NCBI GenBank assembly: GCA_964019335.1
Contig: OZ025715.1
Location: 431,621-495,620, forward strand
Direction: 5' to 3'
Source of the DNA: Diplonema japonicum
Lineage: Eukaryota > Protista > Euglenozoa: Diplonemea
Length of the DNA stretch: 64,000 nucleotides
Below the pieces are notes generated by a model. It searched no databases. It was given only the letters and a program-made list of their open reading frames with translations, and was not told where the DNA came from. Positions within the stretch are counted from its first letter, which is position 1. Each line of letters opens with the position of its first letter. Position numbers and translations under genes: made by a program. Of this stretch, positions 11,879 to 25,983 are shown in pieces.

Positions 11879-14813
11879 ATGGCGAAGTTTAGTAAAACAA
11901 AAACTGGAAAGGACCTGGGGTCGAAGCAGTTCTTCGACCTCATCAGGTCCATAGGGGAGGCGAAGTCCAAGCAAGAAGAAGATAAAATCATTGCACGGGA
12001 AATCGCTGTGCTGAAGAGCAAGATGGGCGAGAAGGACGTCGACAAGAAGCAGATGAAGGAATACGTCGTGAGGCTGCTGTACTGCGAGATGCTCGGTTCC
12101 AACGCCGAATTTGGTTACATATTTTGCGTAAACTTAATCGCCTCTTCCGATCTACTGCAAAAGCGGACAGGGTATCTGGCTGTTCAGCTTACAATATCAC
12201 CTGACTGTGACTTGCTGTACTTGATCGTGTCAGCCATTCAGAAGGATCTGAAGTCCACTAATTCTCTTGACGTGTGCTGCGCACTGAACGCCGCCACGAA
12301 ACTCATCAACGCAGAGCTGATGCCGTGTCTCATCCAAGACGTCCAGAACTGCCTCAAGCACCAGTCTGCACTGGTGAGGAAAAAGGCAATCGTTTGCATC
12401 CACGCCTTCTGGAGAAAGGATGAAATGGGCATCGGCGATAACAAACAATACCAGCAGGTCCTCTGCGACAAGGACCCTGCTGTTATGGCATGCACCTTGA
12501 GCTTCCTTCAGGACCTCTGCTGCCTCAACCCCGAGGAGAACAAGCACCTTGTGTCCTCTTTTGTCTCCATCCTGCGCCAGATCTGCGAACACCGTCTCAC
12601 GAAGGAATACGACTACCACAGAATACCCGCCCCATGGATTCAGATCAAGCTGCTGAAGCTCTTAGCCATCCTCTGCCACCAGGATGTTGAGAGGTCGAAG
12701 CAGGCGTATATTGTGCTTGGTGAAGTGATGAAGCGGGCGGACTCCGGGCTCCCCATCGGCCACGCTGTCATCTTCGAGTGTGTGAAGACCATCACATGTC
12801 TTGTGCCCGCACCAGAGCTCATCGAGTCTGCAGCCGATGCCATCTCCAAGTTCCTATCCTCGCCAAACCCTAACCTCAAGTACCTCGGCATCACATCTCT
12901 GTCGCGCATTGTCCTCATCAACCCTATCTACGCGAAGGAGCACAGAGACGTTGTCATGGGCTGCCTGGAGGACCATGACGGGACCATCAAGAGGAAAACC
13001 CTCGACCTGCTATACGCCATGACGAACCAGGACAGCGTCGAGGTCATCGTAGCAAGGCTGGCCAGGTTCCTGGCGGCAGCGCACGATGTGTATTTGAAGT
13101 CGGACCTGGTGACGAACATCAGCGACCTGGCGTACAAATACTACCCCACGATGGAGTGGTACATCCAGACAATGAACAATGTCATCAAGCTGGGGGAGCA
13201 GTTCGTGGACAACCAGACGGTGCAGGGCATGCTCAAGATGATTGCAGAGGGCTCTGAAGAGCTTAGCGAAGAGGAGAACGAGGAGTTCAGAGTACACGCG
13301 GTGGAGTCGTACTATGAGCTGCTGGACACGAGTGACAAGCTGCCCGAGACTCTGGTGCAGATCATCTCGTGGGTGCTGGGTGAGTACGGGTTCATGTCCC
13401 AGGAATATAGCCAGGACGACATCACCGACAAGCTGTGCGACCTGCTTGAGAAGTCACCCGACAACGACACCAGGGGCTACGTATGCGTGACACCCAACAC
13501 CACACCACAACTCAACACAACAACACAACAGATCATCACAGCGCTGATGAAACTCACAGCGCAAGTCACACCGGTCCCCGACCACGTTCTGGAGCTTGTT
13601 GCATCTTTTAAGTATGTCACATTTCCATCCAGCCACTTTGTGCAGGTCTTCCGGAAGCTTGGCGCTCCAGCAGCGTTGCTACGAGTTCCTCGAGCTGGCA
13701 AACTATGGTGGCCTCATGTCAGGTGTTCTACCTTTAGACGGGTGCTGCGAGATCCTTGAGGTTGACCAAGGTATGGCAAATGCGTTCACCTTCCACTCAC
13801 TCAGACCTCTCATTCCTCGATGCTGTTGTGAGCTCAGCCCTAGCACGTGGTGCGAAAGACTACAGGAAGAACTACTTCCAGACCCTTGGGCAAGAGGAAC
13901 AAGTTGCGGTATGAGTGTTGCAGGACGTGTTAACCTCAACAACAACAACAGACGCTCAAGACCGCAGTGTACGTGAACCCCATGGACAAGACGGGTGTCA
14001 CGGAAGAGGCGGCGGCAGTGGTGGTCAAGGAGACAGAGCTGGCGTTGAACGTGACAGAGTCGAAGTGGAACAAGAAGATGCTTGAGCCGCAGAAAGAGGA
14101 TGACGCTCCTGTGGAGCAGCAAGAGGACTATGAAGATGACGAAGAAGAGATGAGCCCCACGCATGACGCGAACAACGGGCTGGAGGCTGAGGATGGGGAG
14201 AAGAAGAAGAAGAAGAAGAAGAGCAAACAGGACAGGCTTGCAACTATCTTTGACAAGCCTGCGGGGAAGAAGACGGTAAAGAAGGGGACGAAGAAGGTAC
14301 GTAACACTTTTCTTACGTTGTTGCATTCCACACAGAAGAAGACTAGCGAGGCGGCGTCCCCGCAGAGCGACATACATGACGGGAACGGGAGGGCGGCCTC
14401 GCCGCCTAGTGCGCAGCTTGGGGTGCCGGGGCTGAAGGAGCAGCTTGTACCATCTGTTGGTGAACTGACGATGGCAAACTTCGAAAAGACTTGGAAGTCC
14501 CACCCAGCTGAAGGGTCTGGCGCACTCGCGATCCCCCCTGGGATTGACGTGGACACCATGGCGGACCGTATCATGGAGGTCAGCAACATCGTAAAGGTAT
14601 CCCTCTCTTCCTTTTTTTTAAACGCACAAATGAACCCGCCAACAGATTCAAACTATCGGAACCCAATTCGTTGCAGCCGCCCGTCACAACTCCGGTTTCG
14701 TACTGTGCCACTTCCAAATCGATTCCACTACCTTCTCCATTAAAGTCCGCAGCATGATGCCTGACCTGACTGCTGCTGTCGTGCAACACCTCCAATCCTC
14801 CATCTTGGGATGA
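11879..14813 (+). CDS. AP4E1: AP-4 complex subunit epsilon (full length, about 6 small introns)
   Basis: SKQFFDLIRSIGEAKSKQEEDKII, HRLTKEYDYHRIPAPWIQIKLL, CLEDHDGTIKRKTLDLLYAM, LQQRCYEF, and an appendage platform (FEKTWKS). Introns include 13481-13531 and 14597-14646; stop 14813. Confidence 0.9.
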
Positions 14814-15878
14814 TCCCAAAGAAGAAGAAGAAGAAGAAGGAAATGATGTAAATGAACAAAGGAATCCACCCCCCCTTTTATTTAAGTGTTTTCATTTGTA
14901 TTTTTTTCTTTCCCCCTTTTTAGTGTGTTCTTATTTTTTTTGCGTACTCCCCCGTCCTTCCACGCCCCCCCCCCTTTTTTTTTCTCTCCGCCCGCAATAC
15001 TTAAGAAATAAAAAAGAAAAAACAAGAAGAAAAAACCAGAAAAAAAGAAAAGGATTTTTATTTGTCCCATTCATTCTCTTTCCGTGTTCTTTTTTTTTAT
15101 TATTGAGGGATACAGGAAGGGTGTTTTTTTGCAGGAGAGAGGGGGGGGGGGGGGGGGGGAGGGGGAGAAAAAGATAGAAGAAAATCCATAACATATTTAA
15201 TTATACTGTATTCATTGGTACTTAGCAGTACAAACTCAGTTTCTTGTGATGAGATCTCAAAGAGAGTGGCAGGTCGAAGAAGAACGGGCAAAAGCTGCCA
15301 CTTTATTCTTAATTCTCTTTTTTACGTAAATGTACACCAGCGGTGACCGAAGATAATGCTCCAATAAGGGGGTATTAAAATTAAAAAGTAGCATTGATAT
15401 CCACTCAATTTTTTTTTCCGTGCTACCTTCTATTTTTCTTTCTTTTCCTTTCCCTGATCTGTTTTTTATTTTTGTGTTCACTTTTTTTATTTTCTGCTTC
15501 GTCTACCAAGGGGTGCAAAAAAAGAAAAAGTGGGGGAGGGGGATATGTGTGTGGTTTTTTTTGTTTTGATTTCTTCTTCCCTATTTCTTTTTTTTTCCCC
15601 CCCAAATGTGGAAGGAGAGAGAAATGTAGCAAAATAGAGAAGGAAAGAAAGAAGAAAACAAAAGAAACATGGGCCAAGCTTTTTTTTTTTTATAGAAAGG
15701 ACGCGTATCAGCAGTTTGGGTATCGTGTTTCGTTTCTTTTATTATTATCTTTTGAGCTTTTTTTTTTTCTCCCCCCCTCACCCCGTTTCTTCTATTCTTT
15801 GCTTAAAACGTTATTGTGTGTTCCTGCCACTTCCTTGAGGGAGAAAAGAAGACCCAGCCACAGGTTTCTTTTGAAGGC

Positions 15879-18800
15879 ATGGCTTCAGAAGAAGAGAAGA
15901 AAATGGAGTACATCTTGGGGAGGGCGGACCCGCAACTGGCGGGGAAGGGTAGGCGGTTACTCGAAGGAGGCAATGCAAGAGAGGTATACGCGAGAATTGA
16001 ACGGGAGTACCGTACTGTGCTGCCTACCCTGTACGATGCACTGCAGGGGTTCTATCAGAATGTGGTTGGGAAGAGGCGGCAGGACGTTACTTCCGTACTA
16101 GACACGTGGCGTGGGTCAGAGGCCGACCTCATCGTGGCACTCTCTGCTAAGTACAAGTCAGACTACTTCTATGAACGATATCCCCGTCTCTTGCAGCACT
16201 TAGACGTCTCCAGCAACACGAAAGCAAGGACCCCCAAGGAAGGCAGGATGCCGCAGCACGTGAAGATCCAAATCCTCGACATGTTCTCCAGCAAGGCGCC
16301 CCACAAGCTTCCCGAAGTCAAGCGTCTCCTCCGCAAGCACGACGGCAAAGGCGGTCCTCTCCTCCTCTCAAAGCTCAAGTCCTGCTGGGAGAAGGACTAC
16401 GTCACTGTTACAAAGCTTGCCGATACTTTCATGAACACACCCGACTCCGATATCACGCGTGAGCTAGACGCCGAGCAGGCCGAGCTCCTCTCTTCTCTTA
16501 AGACGCTCGTTTCACCAAAAGGCACCCGTGCGCTGTCACCTGCTAGAAGGGACGCCTCGGAGTACTTTAACTCGGCACGAACTACTCTCGAACGGCAGAA
16601 CACCGATCTGCGAAACGAGCTTGCTGTGGTCAACAAGGAGAACGCGACTCTCAAAGCCACCCTCAAAGCCGTCAAGAAGAACTACATTGCGAACAGCAAC
16701 CAGAAGTACCACCACCTGCGGCGGGAGCCTTCTCTGAATGCGCGGATGCTTGGCGAGCTCACACCTGGCGAGATGGTTGAGGTCAGCACTGTCGTGTCAA
16801 CAGAGTCGGGAAGCTGGGGAGTGATAGAAGGGCGGGAGGGATGGGCTCTGATGAAGGGGGTTGACAACGTGGAGTACTTCCAAGTAGTTGATGACAAGCA
16901 CAGAGGTTTCGGTCAGATTCAGAGTCACAACACACAACAGCCAAAGGGGGGAAGTAGGAGTCGGAGCAAGAGCCCCATACCATCCCCCTACAAGCATTCT
17001 CCTACCTTCGCTGAGTCACCTAAACGACGTCAGTACCTACCGATCCCGAGTCCTATCTTCCATGTGAACACCCCTGTGTACAGCGACCAGACCCCGCCTT
17101 TGCCTATGCCTTTTACCCCTGTGCCTCTTATGCCACCCACGCCTATTCCCATCCCTGCACCGCCAGCCGCCACGCAAATAACCCCCAGCACCGTGCAGCC
17201 AGCACCCAGCCCCAGCCCTAACTACGTCCTTCAAAGCGATATCACGAAAATTAACGCCATGCTGACACCAGATGTGATCTCTGAGGCGAATACGGCCCAG
17301 AGGAGTACATCTCAGCTTTCCGAGTCCCTTCCTGCTGAGAGTGAAATCAGGGCGCCTAGTGCCGCCAGCTCGCATCCGCTGAGCAGAGCATCGAGGAAGT
17401 CGCATCCCCTCAAGCGAAAAGTCACTGAGGACAATCTTGATGAGTTCATCAACTCGTGCATGAAGGACTCGCCTGGCCCACTGGTGGAATCACGCCCAAG
17501 CAGCAAGGACCAGCAGGCACCTGTATTGTTGAAATCGGTACAAGCAACGCCTATAGTAAGTACCCTGCTGCAAAGTCAGCCACCTACACCCGCGCAGGAA
17601 GCAGTACAGCCAGCTCCGGCGTCCTCTGAACCGCAGTTGATGCAGAAAGTGTCTCAAAATGGTGTTGTTCCATGCACACCCCATAGCACACCCGTGCAGG
17701 GCATGCTGCAGTCGACACAGGTCTCGTTCGCCCAGGCCCCCGAGCAGTTACTGCAACCACACAACAAAGTGTCTGTCAGGGGGACTGAGGGGCCAAGATT
17801 CAACTCGCACCCTGTGACCGCGAAGCCTATTGCGATGTCTGACGCACTACAGCAGCTCGTGCAGCCTGTCCTCTACGACAGCAGGGGACCTCTAGCTCAG
17901 AGCACGAACAGTCACCCTCTGATGGCATCACACAAGGGTGACTCTAGGTCACCGGAGGATCTGCCTATTTCAGTTGTGGGTCCTACTCAAGAAGAGAGCA
18001 TCACAAGGCAACCGACGCCCCTCACACAGTCTCCACAAGCGATGCCTTTGAGCACGCAAGAGCAACTCGTTCAGAATGCCTCGAAGTTATGGCATCCCTC
18101 ACGCCCCCAGTCTCAACAGCCGCCCTCTGTGCAACAGGTCTCTTCAGAGCAGCCCCTACAAAAGCTTCAAGAGTTACAACGTGTTCCCACGCAGCAGCAA
18201 TCCCTCCCTGTGCAGTTTTCTCTGATGTCTGCACCGCAGCCATTGCAACAGCCACCCAAGTCTGCACCGCAGCCATCGCAACAGCCACCCAAGTCTGGAA
18301 ATACAGTGATATCAGTACAGCAATCACAGCCCATTCAGCAAGTGTCGCTCGCAAATGAAGTCGCCGTGCAGCGTCAGCAGACATCTCAGGTGGAACCAGT
18401 TTCTCAGTTGCAACCAGCTTCACAGGCGATACCGACAGACGACCCTGTGCACCCGCTGCAGTCAATTTCTGTGAAACAATCATCAATTGTGCACAATGAT
18501 TCTCTGGTTCGATCAGTTCCTCCGCAGCAGCCGCTCGTGCAACAGACGGATACCATGCAGCAGCAGTCTCTTCCCGTACAGCAGACGTCCGTTGTACAAT
18601 CAATACCAGCACCTGCGGCACTCACGTCGTTACCAGTAAAGCAAGCCTCTGTAACCGACCCTGTTCAGGAGCTTCAGTTGCCTGTACGCCAGTCGGCCCC
18701 TGTGCAACAGCAGAAGTCTGCAGTTCAGCAGTCAGTGCAATCTGCGGTCCCTGTGCAGCTATCATTCCCTACGAAGCGCGCTTCAGTTCCTGCCCCTCTG

Positions 18801-19536
18801 TCTGTTGTGCAACAACCATCGCAAGACCCTTCTGAGGCGCAACCATCAGCGCCTGCGCAACAAAGGTCCTTTCCTGTACAACCTACTTCCAATGCCCACC
18901 AGTCACAACCGCTTCCCGTTACACCGACGTTTTCTGCAAAACATTCGGTAGCAAGTGAGCAGCCCTTGCATCAGCTGTCGGTGCCTGTCAGTGCCAAGGT
19001 GTCGCAGCCTATGCACCGGTTGTCAGCACCATTCGAGCCCCCTGTTCAGACTCAAGCAATGTCGGCCTTCGGGCAGCCTCTTGACAAAGTGTCGTCAGGG
19101 CAGCAGTTTTCAAGGGCGCCGCATAACTCCGGTGCGCTATCTGACAAGTCTCTGTCTGTAGCACAGGCACCCCCATCCGAGGCTCAGCCTGGACAGGTGC
19201 CCAACTTTGGTGCTCCATTTAGAGCACCGTCTGCTCCGCCTTCCGGACAAAGTGTCCGACCGCAGCCCCCGTCGCAGCCTAGGTATGAAAGGTCATATAA
19301 CGTAGCAACATTTGTAGAAGCGTCAGAACGGTGTCGGTGCCTATGTTGAACAGCGAGGAAACCATTTCCAGACTGGACATCATGGGGGAGGAGAGCAAGT
19401 TACGAACACAGGTATGTTGTGCCTCACTGTTTGTTACCCATCACAGATAATGTCGGAATGCAGCAGAACAAAATTTGGCATGCGGTCAAGGGCCTCAAGC
19501 ATCAAGAGCAAAACCTCCTCCATTAGACTTGTTTGA
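15879..19536 (+). CDS. Unknown protein: coiled coil, SH3-like segment, long Q/P/S-rich low-complexity tail
   Basis: HLRREPSLNARMLGELTPGEMVEV...SWGVIEGREGW resembles an SH3b-type domain. Introns near 19283-19317 and 19412-19447; stop 19536. Confidence 0.6.
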
Positions 19537-19648
19537 TATGTATACTTATCCTGTTTATTGGCGCGCTCGCCAGCCTGTATTTTCGTTTGTTTTTTAGTTA
19601 CTTGGCTTGGCTCGTTCTGTGCCTCACTTCAACAATGCGACAGGTAAA

Positions 19649-22516
19649 ATGAGTGATGACCAGAAAATACCGTCTTTCTGCAGTGAAGCGCAGGTCGCGG
19701 ACACGTACCGTTTTGCTGTGAAGGGGAAGGCACCGCAAGTATTCTACCAGCTCTTCGGCCCTCAAGTGGAGAGCATAGCTAAGGAGTACCTGCACACGAC
19801 TGCGGTTATCAAACAGGTGTGATATTCTGTGTTTGAGCGTTTTATTTTATTCTTGCTTGCAGGTCGGTGCGCATCAGATGATCAACATTTCGGCAAAGGT
19901 CTTTGTGCAGATGGTGTGGGACCTCATCAGGAACAAGGGGATGAAGGTATGTTTGACTGGGATGATGTGAAAACATAAACAGATTGAGCTGCATGAGATG
20001 ATCGGAAACACCTGGAAGTGCGTGCTGCAGGCGTCGCCTGGAAGGCTAGAGCAGTTTGAAGCTAGGTTCGGGAGTGTCCAGGTACAAGATGCTGGGTGCA
20101 TCGTTGCTATAATGTGGAAGGTGGACATGAATGGGTACATTACCTTCGGATGCGGGTACGTAAACCAGACACTTCGAGTCCTGGGCGTGGCAGAGTTTGT
20201 TGACAACGCAACGAATCTTACGAACTTAGAGTCCTTTTTACTTCAGATCGGAGCACGTGAGGCCATCATCTCGCAGCGGAAGGGACCCCTCGACACCACC
20301 GACATTAAAGTCCAGGACACGATACGCAATGCCAACGTGCACCTCGAGACGGAAGCGCCTAAGGTATTCGCACTTGGTGCCCTTTCTGATAGGCTCAAGT
20401 TCCTTCTCCGCGACGATTCGCATCATGAGGCCATGCAACTGAACATGGCCCCTTCATCGCTGTCCGCCATCATTACGCACCTGGAGCTCACGGCAGACGC
20501 CTGCAACGAGCAGCAGTTCACAATTCGCAAAGAAGATCTCTCGAAGTTCTTGAAGCTCGACCTTGCCGCGGTGAGAGCGCTTAACATTTTTGACGATGAG
20601 TCAGAGAATATCTCCAGAAGCAAAGGGTCGCTGTACTCGTTCCTCGACGAATGCAAGACACAGATGGGGAGGAGGGAACTCAGGTTGTGGCTCACGCAGC
20701 CTTTGCTGGACATCAAAGAAATCACCAGGCGGCAGGACATCGCATCTGTCTTCATCGACGACATGCTTCTAAGGGACGCGTTGCGGTCATCCGTCCTGAC
20801 AAAGGTACCTGACCTCGACAAGATACTCAAAAGGATCCAGCGGCAGAGGGCATCGCTCGCCGACTGCCTCAGCATAGGTAACTTCGTTTCTCTTATTCCA
20901 AAGATGCTTACCTTGCTGGAGGCCTACGGTGGGGAATATGCTGAACGGATTGAGTCCTACATGGCCACGATCCGTGGGGCAGCCGACACTTTCGGGGGCC
21001 TTGAATCTCTCATGTCAGAGTCTCTGGAAGTAGACGAGCACGACAAGCAGGTAAGGATTAAGGCTGATTTTGACGACTCACTGAAAGAGCTAGAAAACGA
21101 GAGGAAGGTTGTGCGCGATCAGATAAACGCAGAATTTAAGAAGGTCCTCCAGAAGTTGAAGCACACCGACAAAGAAGTGAAGTTGGAATGCAGCCAACAG
21201 CACGGGCACCACTTTAGAGCGACCAAGAAAGGCAGTAATGCAGTAAGCTCCAACAAACAGATGATCGTGGTATGTTGGCACCTATAGTTACCTAACACCC
21301 TGCAGATTGAATCGCGAAAAGACGGCGTCAAGTTCACCAGCCCTGGACTCAGCGATATCAATGTAGCGTGGAAGGACCTCTCGGAGAAGTATTCAGAACG
21401 ACAGGTATGAAGATTATTCAGCAGCAACTTACTTCAGACTGAACTGGAGAAATTGTTCAAGGAAACAGTGTCCACCTACCTAGAGCCCTTGGACAACATT
21501 GCCTTCATCATCGCTGAGATCGACATCTTTGTCGCCTTCGCCATTGTGTCAACGCGCCCTGGCGTGAAACCGTTCACTCGTCCCATGTATGTGTAACCTG
21601 GAAAAGGCAAATCAAACACAGCGTGCTGCCCATGCCGCAAGAGGGCCAGCCGAAGATATTGATGGCGAAGGCTGCACGCCACCCTCTGGTGGAGCAGCAG
21701 CTGGCGTTAAGGGGTGACAGTGAGTTCGTTGCGAATGACATCACGTTGGGCGGTGACAGCGCGTTGATGGCGCTGATCACAGGGCCCAACATGGGTGGGA
21801 AGTCTACGTACATCAGAACTGCTGGTGTGATGGTACTGCTGGCGCAGATAGGGATGATGGTGCCTGCGGACGAGATGACGATGACGCTGTGTGACATGGT
21901 GCTGGCGAGACTCGGGGCGGCTGACTTTATGTCGCGCGGTGTGAGTACCTTCATGGCGGAGATGCTTGAGACGAACGCTATTATCTCGAACGCTACCTCA
22001 AACAGCTTTGTGATCATCGACGAGCTGGGGCGGGGGACGTCCACGCACGACGGGTACGGCCTGGCCTGGGGCATCGCAGAGCACCTGGTGAACAACATCA
22101 AGTGCGTCACATTGTTTGCTACTCACTTCCACGAGCTTACGGTGATGGCAGACGAGTACCCTAAGGTCACAAACCTGCACGTCACTGCCGACACGTCCGG
22201 CAGCGAGCTCAAGATGCTGTACGAGGTGAAGAACGGCCCCTGCTCCAGGTCGTATGGTATTAACGTAGCGCAGATCACAAAGTTCCCCGAGCCTGTCATC
22301 GCTGCCGCAAAAAGAAAGACTGAGCTTCTTGAATCGATCAGCAACAAGCGTCCTCGTAGAGACACAGACGAGCAGCTCGACAAGTGTCTCATGACATGGC
22401 TCACCTCCTTCAACAACGCCCCCGCTGCTCCCGATGCCTACGCTGCGCTGCTCAAAGATATTGACACGCAGACTCCCTCCCACCCCCTCCTCAAGGAGCT
22501 CTTCGCATCCTCTTAG
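19649..22516 (+). CDS. MSH2: DNA mismatch repair protein MSH2
   Basis: ASPGRLEQFE, LKLDLAAVRALNIF, CKTQMGRRELRLWLTQPL, Walker A TGPNMGGKSTYIR, IIDELGRGTSTHDG, FATHFHELT. About five short introns join the ORF pieces. Confidence 0.95.
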
Positions 22517-22710
22517 ATCTCTGTACATGTTTCTGTTTTTTTTTCGAAAAATCTTTTGATTGTTTTTTTTTCTCTTCTTGTCGCTTGCACAAATTGTTTC
22601 TTTTTTTTTTTTCTTTCTTCTTTTTTTTTCCTTTTCAATAATACTTTTCTTTTTTCATGTACCAAACCGCACCACCTCACCCTGCACAGCCATATCACAT
22701 CAAAAAGAAA

Positions 22711-23547
22711 ATGTTATCACCAGAAATAGAAGAGACGCTGAGGCGCAGCACCGTGATGCAGGAGATCTATGAGTATGTACCATTCCCACAAACACAAGCT
22801 TCACAGGGCGGTGGGTACGGTCCCGCAAGACTCGCTGATAGCAACAAGGCACGGGGTGATCGATCACGTGTTTGGGCCGCAGCCTATTTCGGAAATATTC
22901 AACTCGAAGGAGAGGCTCAGGCCGCACGCAAGCAGGGTGTTGACGGAGAACTACGATCCGTTCTACGTGTGGCAGGGGATGAACAGAGTGATCGGGACAG
23001 CGTGGCTGACAGGGATCGTGGTGGGTGGTGTGCAGGGGTTCTACGAAGGGCTTGCTGTAAGGCAGACCAAGTCATGGAGAACGGCATACCAGTCGCTGCA
23101 CTCGTTCAGTCGTACAAAAGGGCCGCTGAGGGCCAACCAGTTCGCCGCCATTGCCTTCACATTCTGTTTCTTCGAGGCCATCACACGTGACATGTCGATT
23201 CGCAATGAACGGTTGCTCGAGTTCGGTGAGCAGGGCATGATACTTGGGCGCGTGGGTTTCAAGGAACCGGAGAAGAAGTACGTGTGGCAAACCGACTCAA
23301 GGTACTGTGCTCCTATCGGTGCCGGTTCCGCTGCTCTGATGCTCCGTCTCGTCAAGGGTGGTGCAGGTGCGAAGGTAGGTGTCCTTGCCAGCAATGTTGT
23401 CCTCGCCTCCATGACCGGCCTCGCCTACGCGTATGTGATGGAAAGAAAAGAGCAATTTTTTTTAAAATCAAAACAAAAAAAAACAACTACAGCCACCTGT
23501 GGAATAAAGTAGACTACTTTGACATTGAGAGGAAGTTCATTGAATAG
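22711..23547 (+). CDS. Tim17/Tim22/Tim23 family inner-membrane protein
   Basis: GTAWLTGIVVGGVQGFYEG...GPLRANQFAAIAFTFCFFE with small-residue (GxxxG-type) helices. Introns about 22773-22806 and 23431-23492. Confidence 0.75.
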
Positions 23548-24122
23548 TGTATTTCCCTGTCGCCCCCCCCCCCTTTTTTTTGATCATCAAGAAGCATATT
23601 TTTTAATGAAAGGGGAAAACAGTGTTGTCTTCTTTTTTATTCCAAAAAGGAAGCATCAAGAGATAGACCCCCACCCCCCCCTAAGGGTGGTCCTCGAGTG
23701 GGATTTGCCCTTAAACATCGCCTTTATTTTTTTTCCTACAGTTTTCCCCTCCCCCCACGAGCTGCTGCTCCGTTCCTTTTTTTCTTTTTTTTTTTCCCCA
23801 GTGTTTGGAGGGAATGATACGAATCTGCGGAAGATTCGGTAGTCATCTGTGCATGGTGCAGAAAGATTGGAGCAGGAAGTCTTTTTATGTGTTTTGAGCC
23901 GAAAGAATAGAAAAGAAAATGAAGATGGAAAAAGAGGTAAGCCTTCTTTTTTGTCTAGCACACGCCCTCTTCTTGCTTGTGTGTCTTCCTTTTGTCAGAC
24001 AGCTGGCAATCCCCCCTTCTCCCCTCCTACTCCCGTACTTTCCACGATCATAATGATTTTGTTCCTTTTGCCCTTTTTTGATAATGATTTCAAGCAAGGT
24101 AGACAAGGGGCAAGGGCAGGCA

Positions 24123-25983
24123 ATGCTGCGGGCCATCTGCGTAGCTGTGCTGGTGGTGCACAGCAGCTTCTGCGATGAGGTCACGCACAAGTACGAGGAG
24201 GGCGACAGAGTGTGGGTGTACGGTAACAAAATAGGCCCTTTTAACAACCCTCTTGAGACCTATGGCTACTTCGATGTGCTACCTTGGTGCGAACCTCACA
24301 GCAAGGTGGCAAAAAAACCAACACTGGGCGAAGCGCTTACTGGCGACGAACTCATCAAGCTAGATGTGAATGTAGAGTTCAAGAAGGACACTTCCCGGAA
24401 ACAAATCTGTAGGAAGACCCTCAGCCAGGCAGACGCTGACGTCCTCAAGGCAGCTATCAAGGAACAGTATTGGTACCAGCTCTTCCTCGACGACCTTCCC
24501 ACGTGGGCTGCTGTGGGCAAGATCGTGAAGGGTGAGTACATGATGTACACCCACCAGAGGTTCAGTCTTGGGTACAACAACAACCATGTCGTGCTTGCAA
24601 ACATGACAGCAGAGAACAAGGTGGCGGTGGCGGAGGGCGTGGAGCTTGAGTTCACCTACAGCGTGGAGTGGAAGGCGTCGAAGATCCAGTTCGACAACAG
24701 GTTCAGGCGGTACCTCGATGAGTCTTTCTTCGAGCACAACATCCACTGGGTGTCTGTGCTGAATTCCTTCATGATGGTTTTTGTATTAGCATGCATCGTG
24801 ATGATCGTGCTCCTGCGCACCTTGAAGGCAGACTACGCGCGGTACGACAAGGACATCGATGACGACGGCACTGAGTTCCGCGACGAATCTGGTTGGAAGC
24901 AGGTGCACAGCGAGGTCTTCCGAGTTCCGCCCCAGCACGTGCTTCTATGTGCCTTGGTGGGCACGGGGTACCAGCTGGTTGTCCTCCTCTTCTGCCTGAT
25001 CTTCATCGCCATCGCTTCTGTTGTCTATGCCGACAGAGGCGCACTGCTCACCTACGGTGTCATTTCTTACGCCATCACCAGTAGTGTTGCCGGATATGCG
25101 AGCGGCCGGCAGTTCGTCCACTACGCAGCAGCGGGCCCCGCCATCAGCAAGGACTGGAAGCGCACAACACTCCTTACCGCCTCTCTCCTTCCCGGCACTA
25201 TCGCTGCGATGATCTTCCTGCTCAACCTGGTTGCCGTGTACTACAACTCGCAGCAAGCCATCCCGTTCACAACAATGGTGGCTGTGGTGTTGATCTGGCT
25301 GTTCGTGTCTCTGCCGTTGGTAGTAGTGGGCACCTTCATTGGCCGACACCGGAAGAAGGTTGATATCCTGAGGTATGTAGGGGGTCAAGGTGCCTAAAGC
25401 ACCCTCACACAGGGTGTCGCAGATTCCAAGGCACATCCCTGAGAAGTCGCACTACAGCCATGGGTGGATAGCCGCGGGGGGCATCCTGCCCTTTGGGAGT
25501 ATCTTTATTGAGCTGTACTTTGTTTTCACGTCGTTCTGGAATTACAAGTATTACTACGTGTACGGGTTCATGCTGTTGGTGTATGTCATCTTGCTACTGG
25601 TAACGATGTGTCTTGCTGTGGTGTTCACGTATTACCTGCTCAACTCGGAGGATTATAGGTGGCAGTGGTCATCGTTCGCCTTGGGCGCCTCCACATCAGG
25701 TTTGTATAGTTCAAAGACAGGAAGAAAAACGAAAACGCAAATAACAACAGGCTACGTGTTTCTGTACTCCGTGTACTTCTTCTTGTTTAAGACCAACATG
25801 GCAGGCTTCTTTATGACTATGTTCTACTTCGGGTATATGGCCTTGTTCTGCGGCGCACTTGCCATTCTCTGCGGGACAGTATGTAGCTCTGTCACTTGTC
25901 ACACTCATTCCGACTCACAGGTAAGCTTCATCACTGCCGATATGTTCGTGAACCGGATCTATAGAAATATTAAACTAGAATAG
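24123..25983 (+). CDS. Transmembrane 9 superfamily (EMP70/TM9SF) protein
   Basis: Signal peptide, NKIGPFNNPLETYGY, EHNIHWVSVLNS, ESGWKQVHSEVFR, GGILPFGSIFIEL, EDYRWQW, and C-terminal IYRNIKLE (KxD/E). Three small introns. Confidence 0.95.

Noticed and set aside
14882-15781. Phe/Lys-rich short ORFs in spacers (also 55712-56554)
   Set aside because: Homopolymer translation artifacts.
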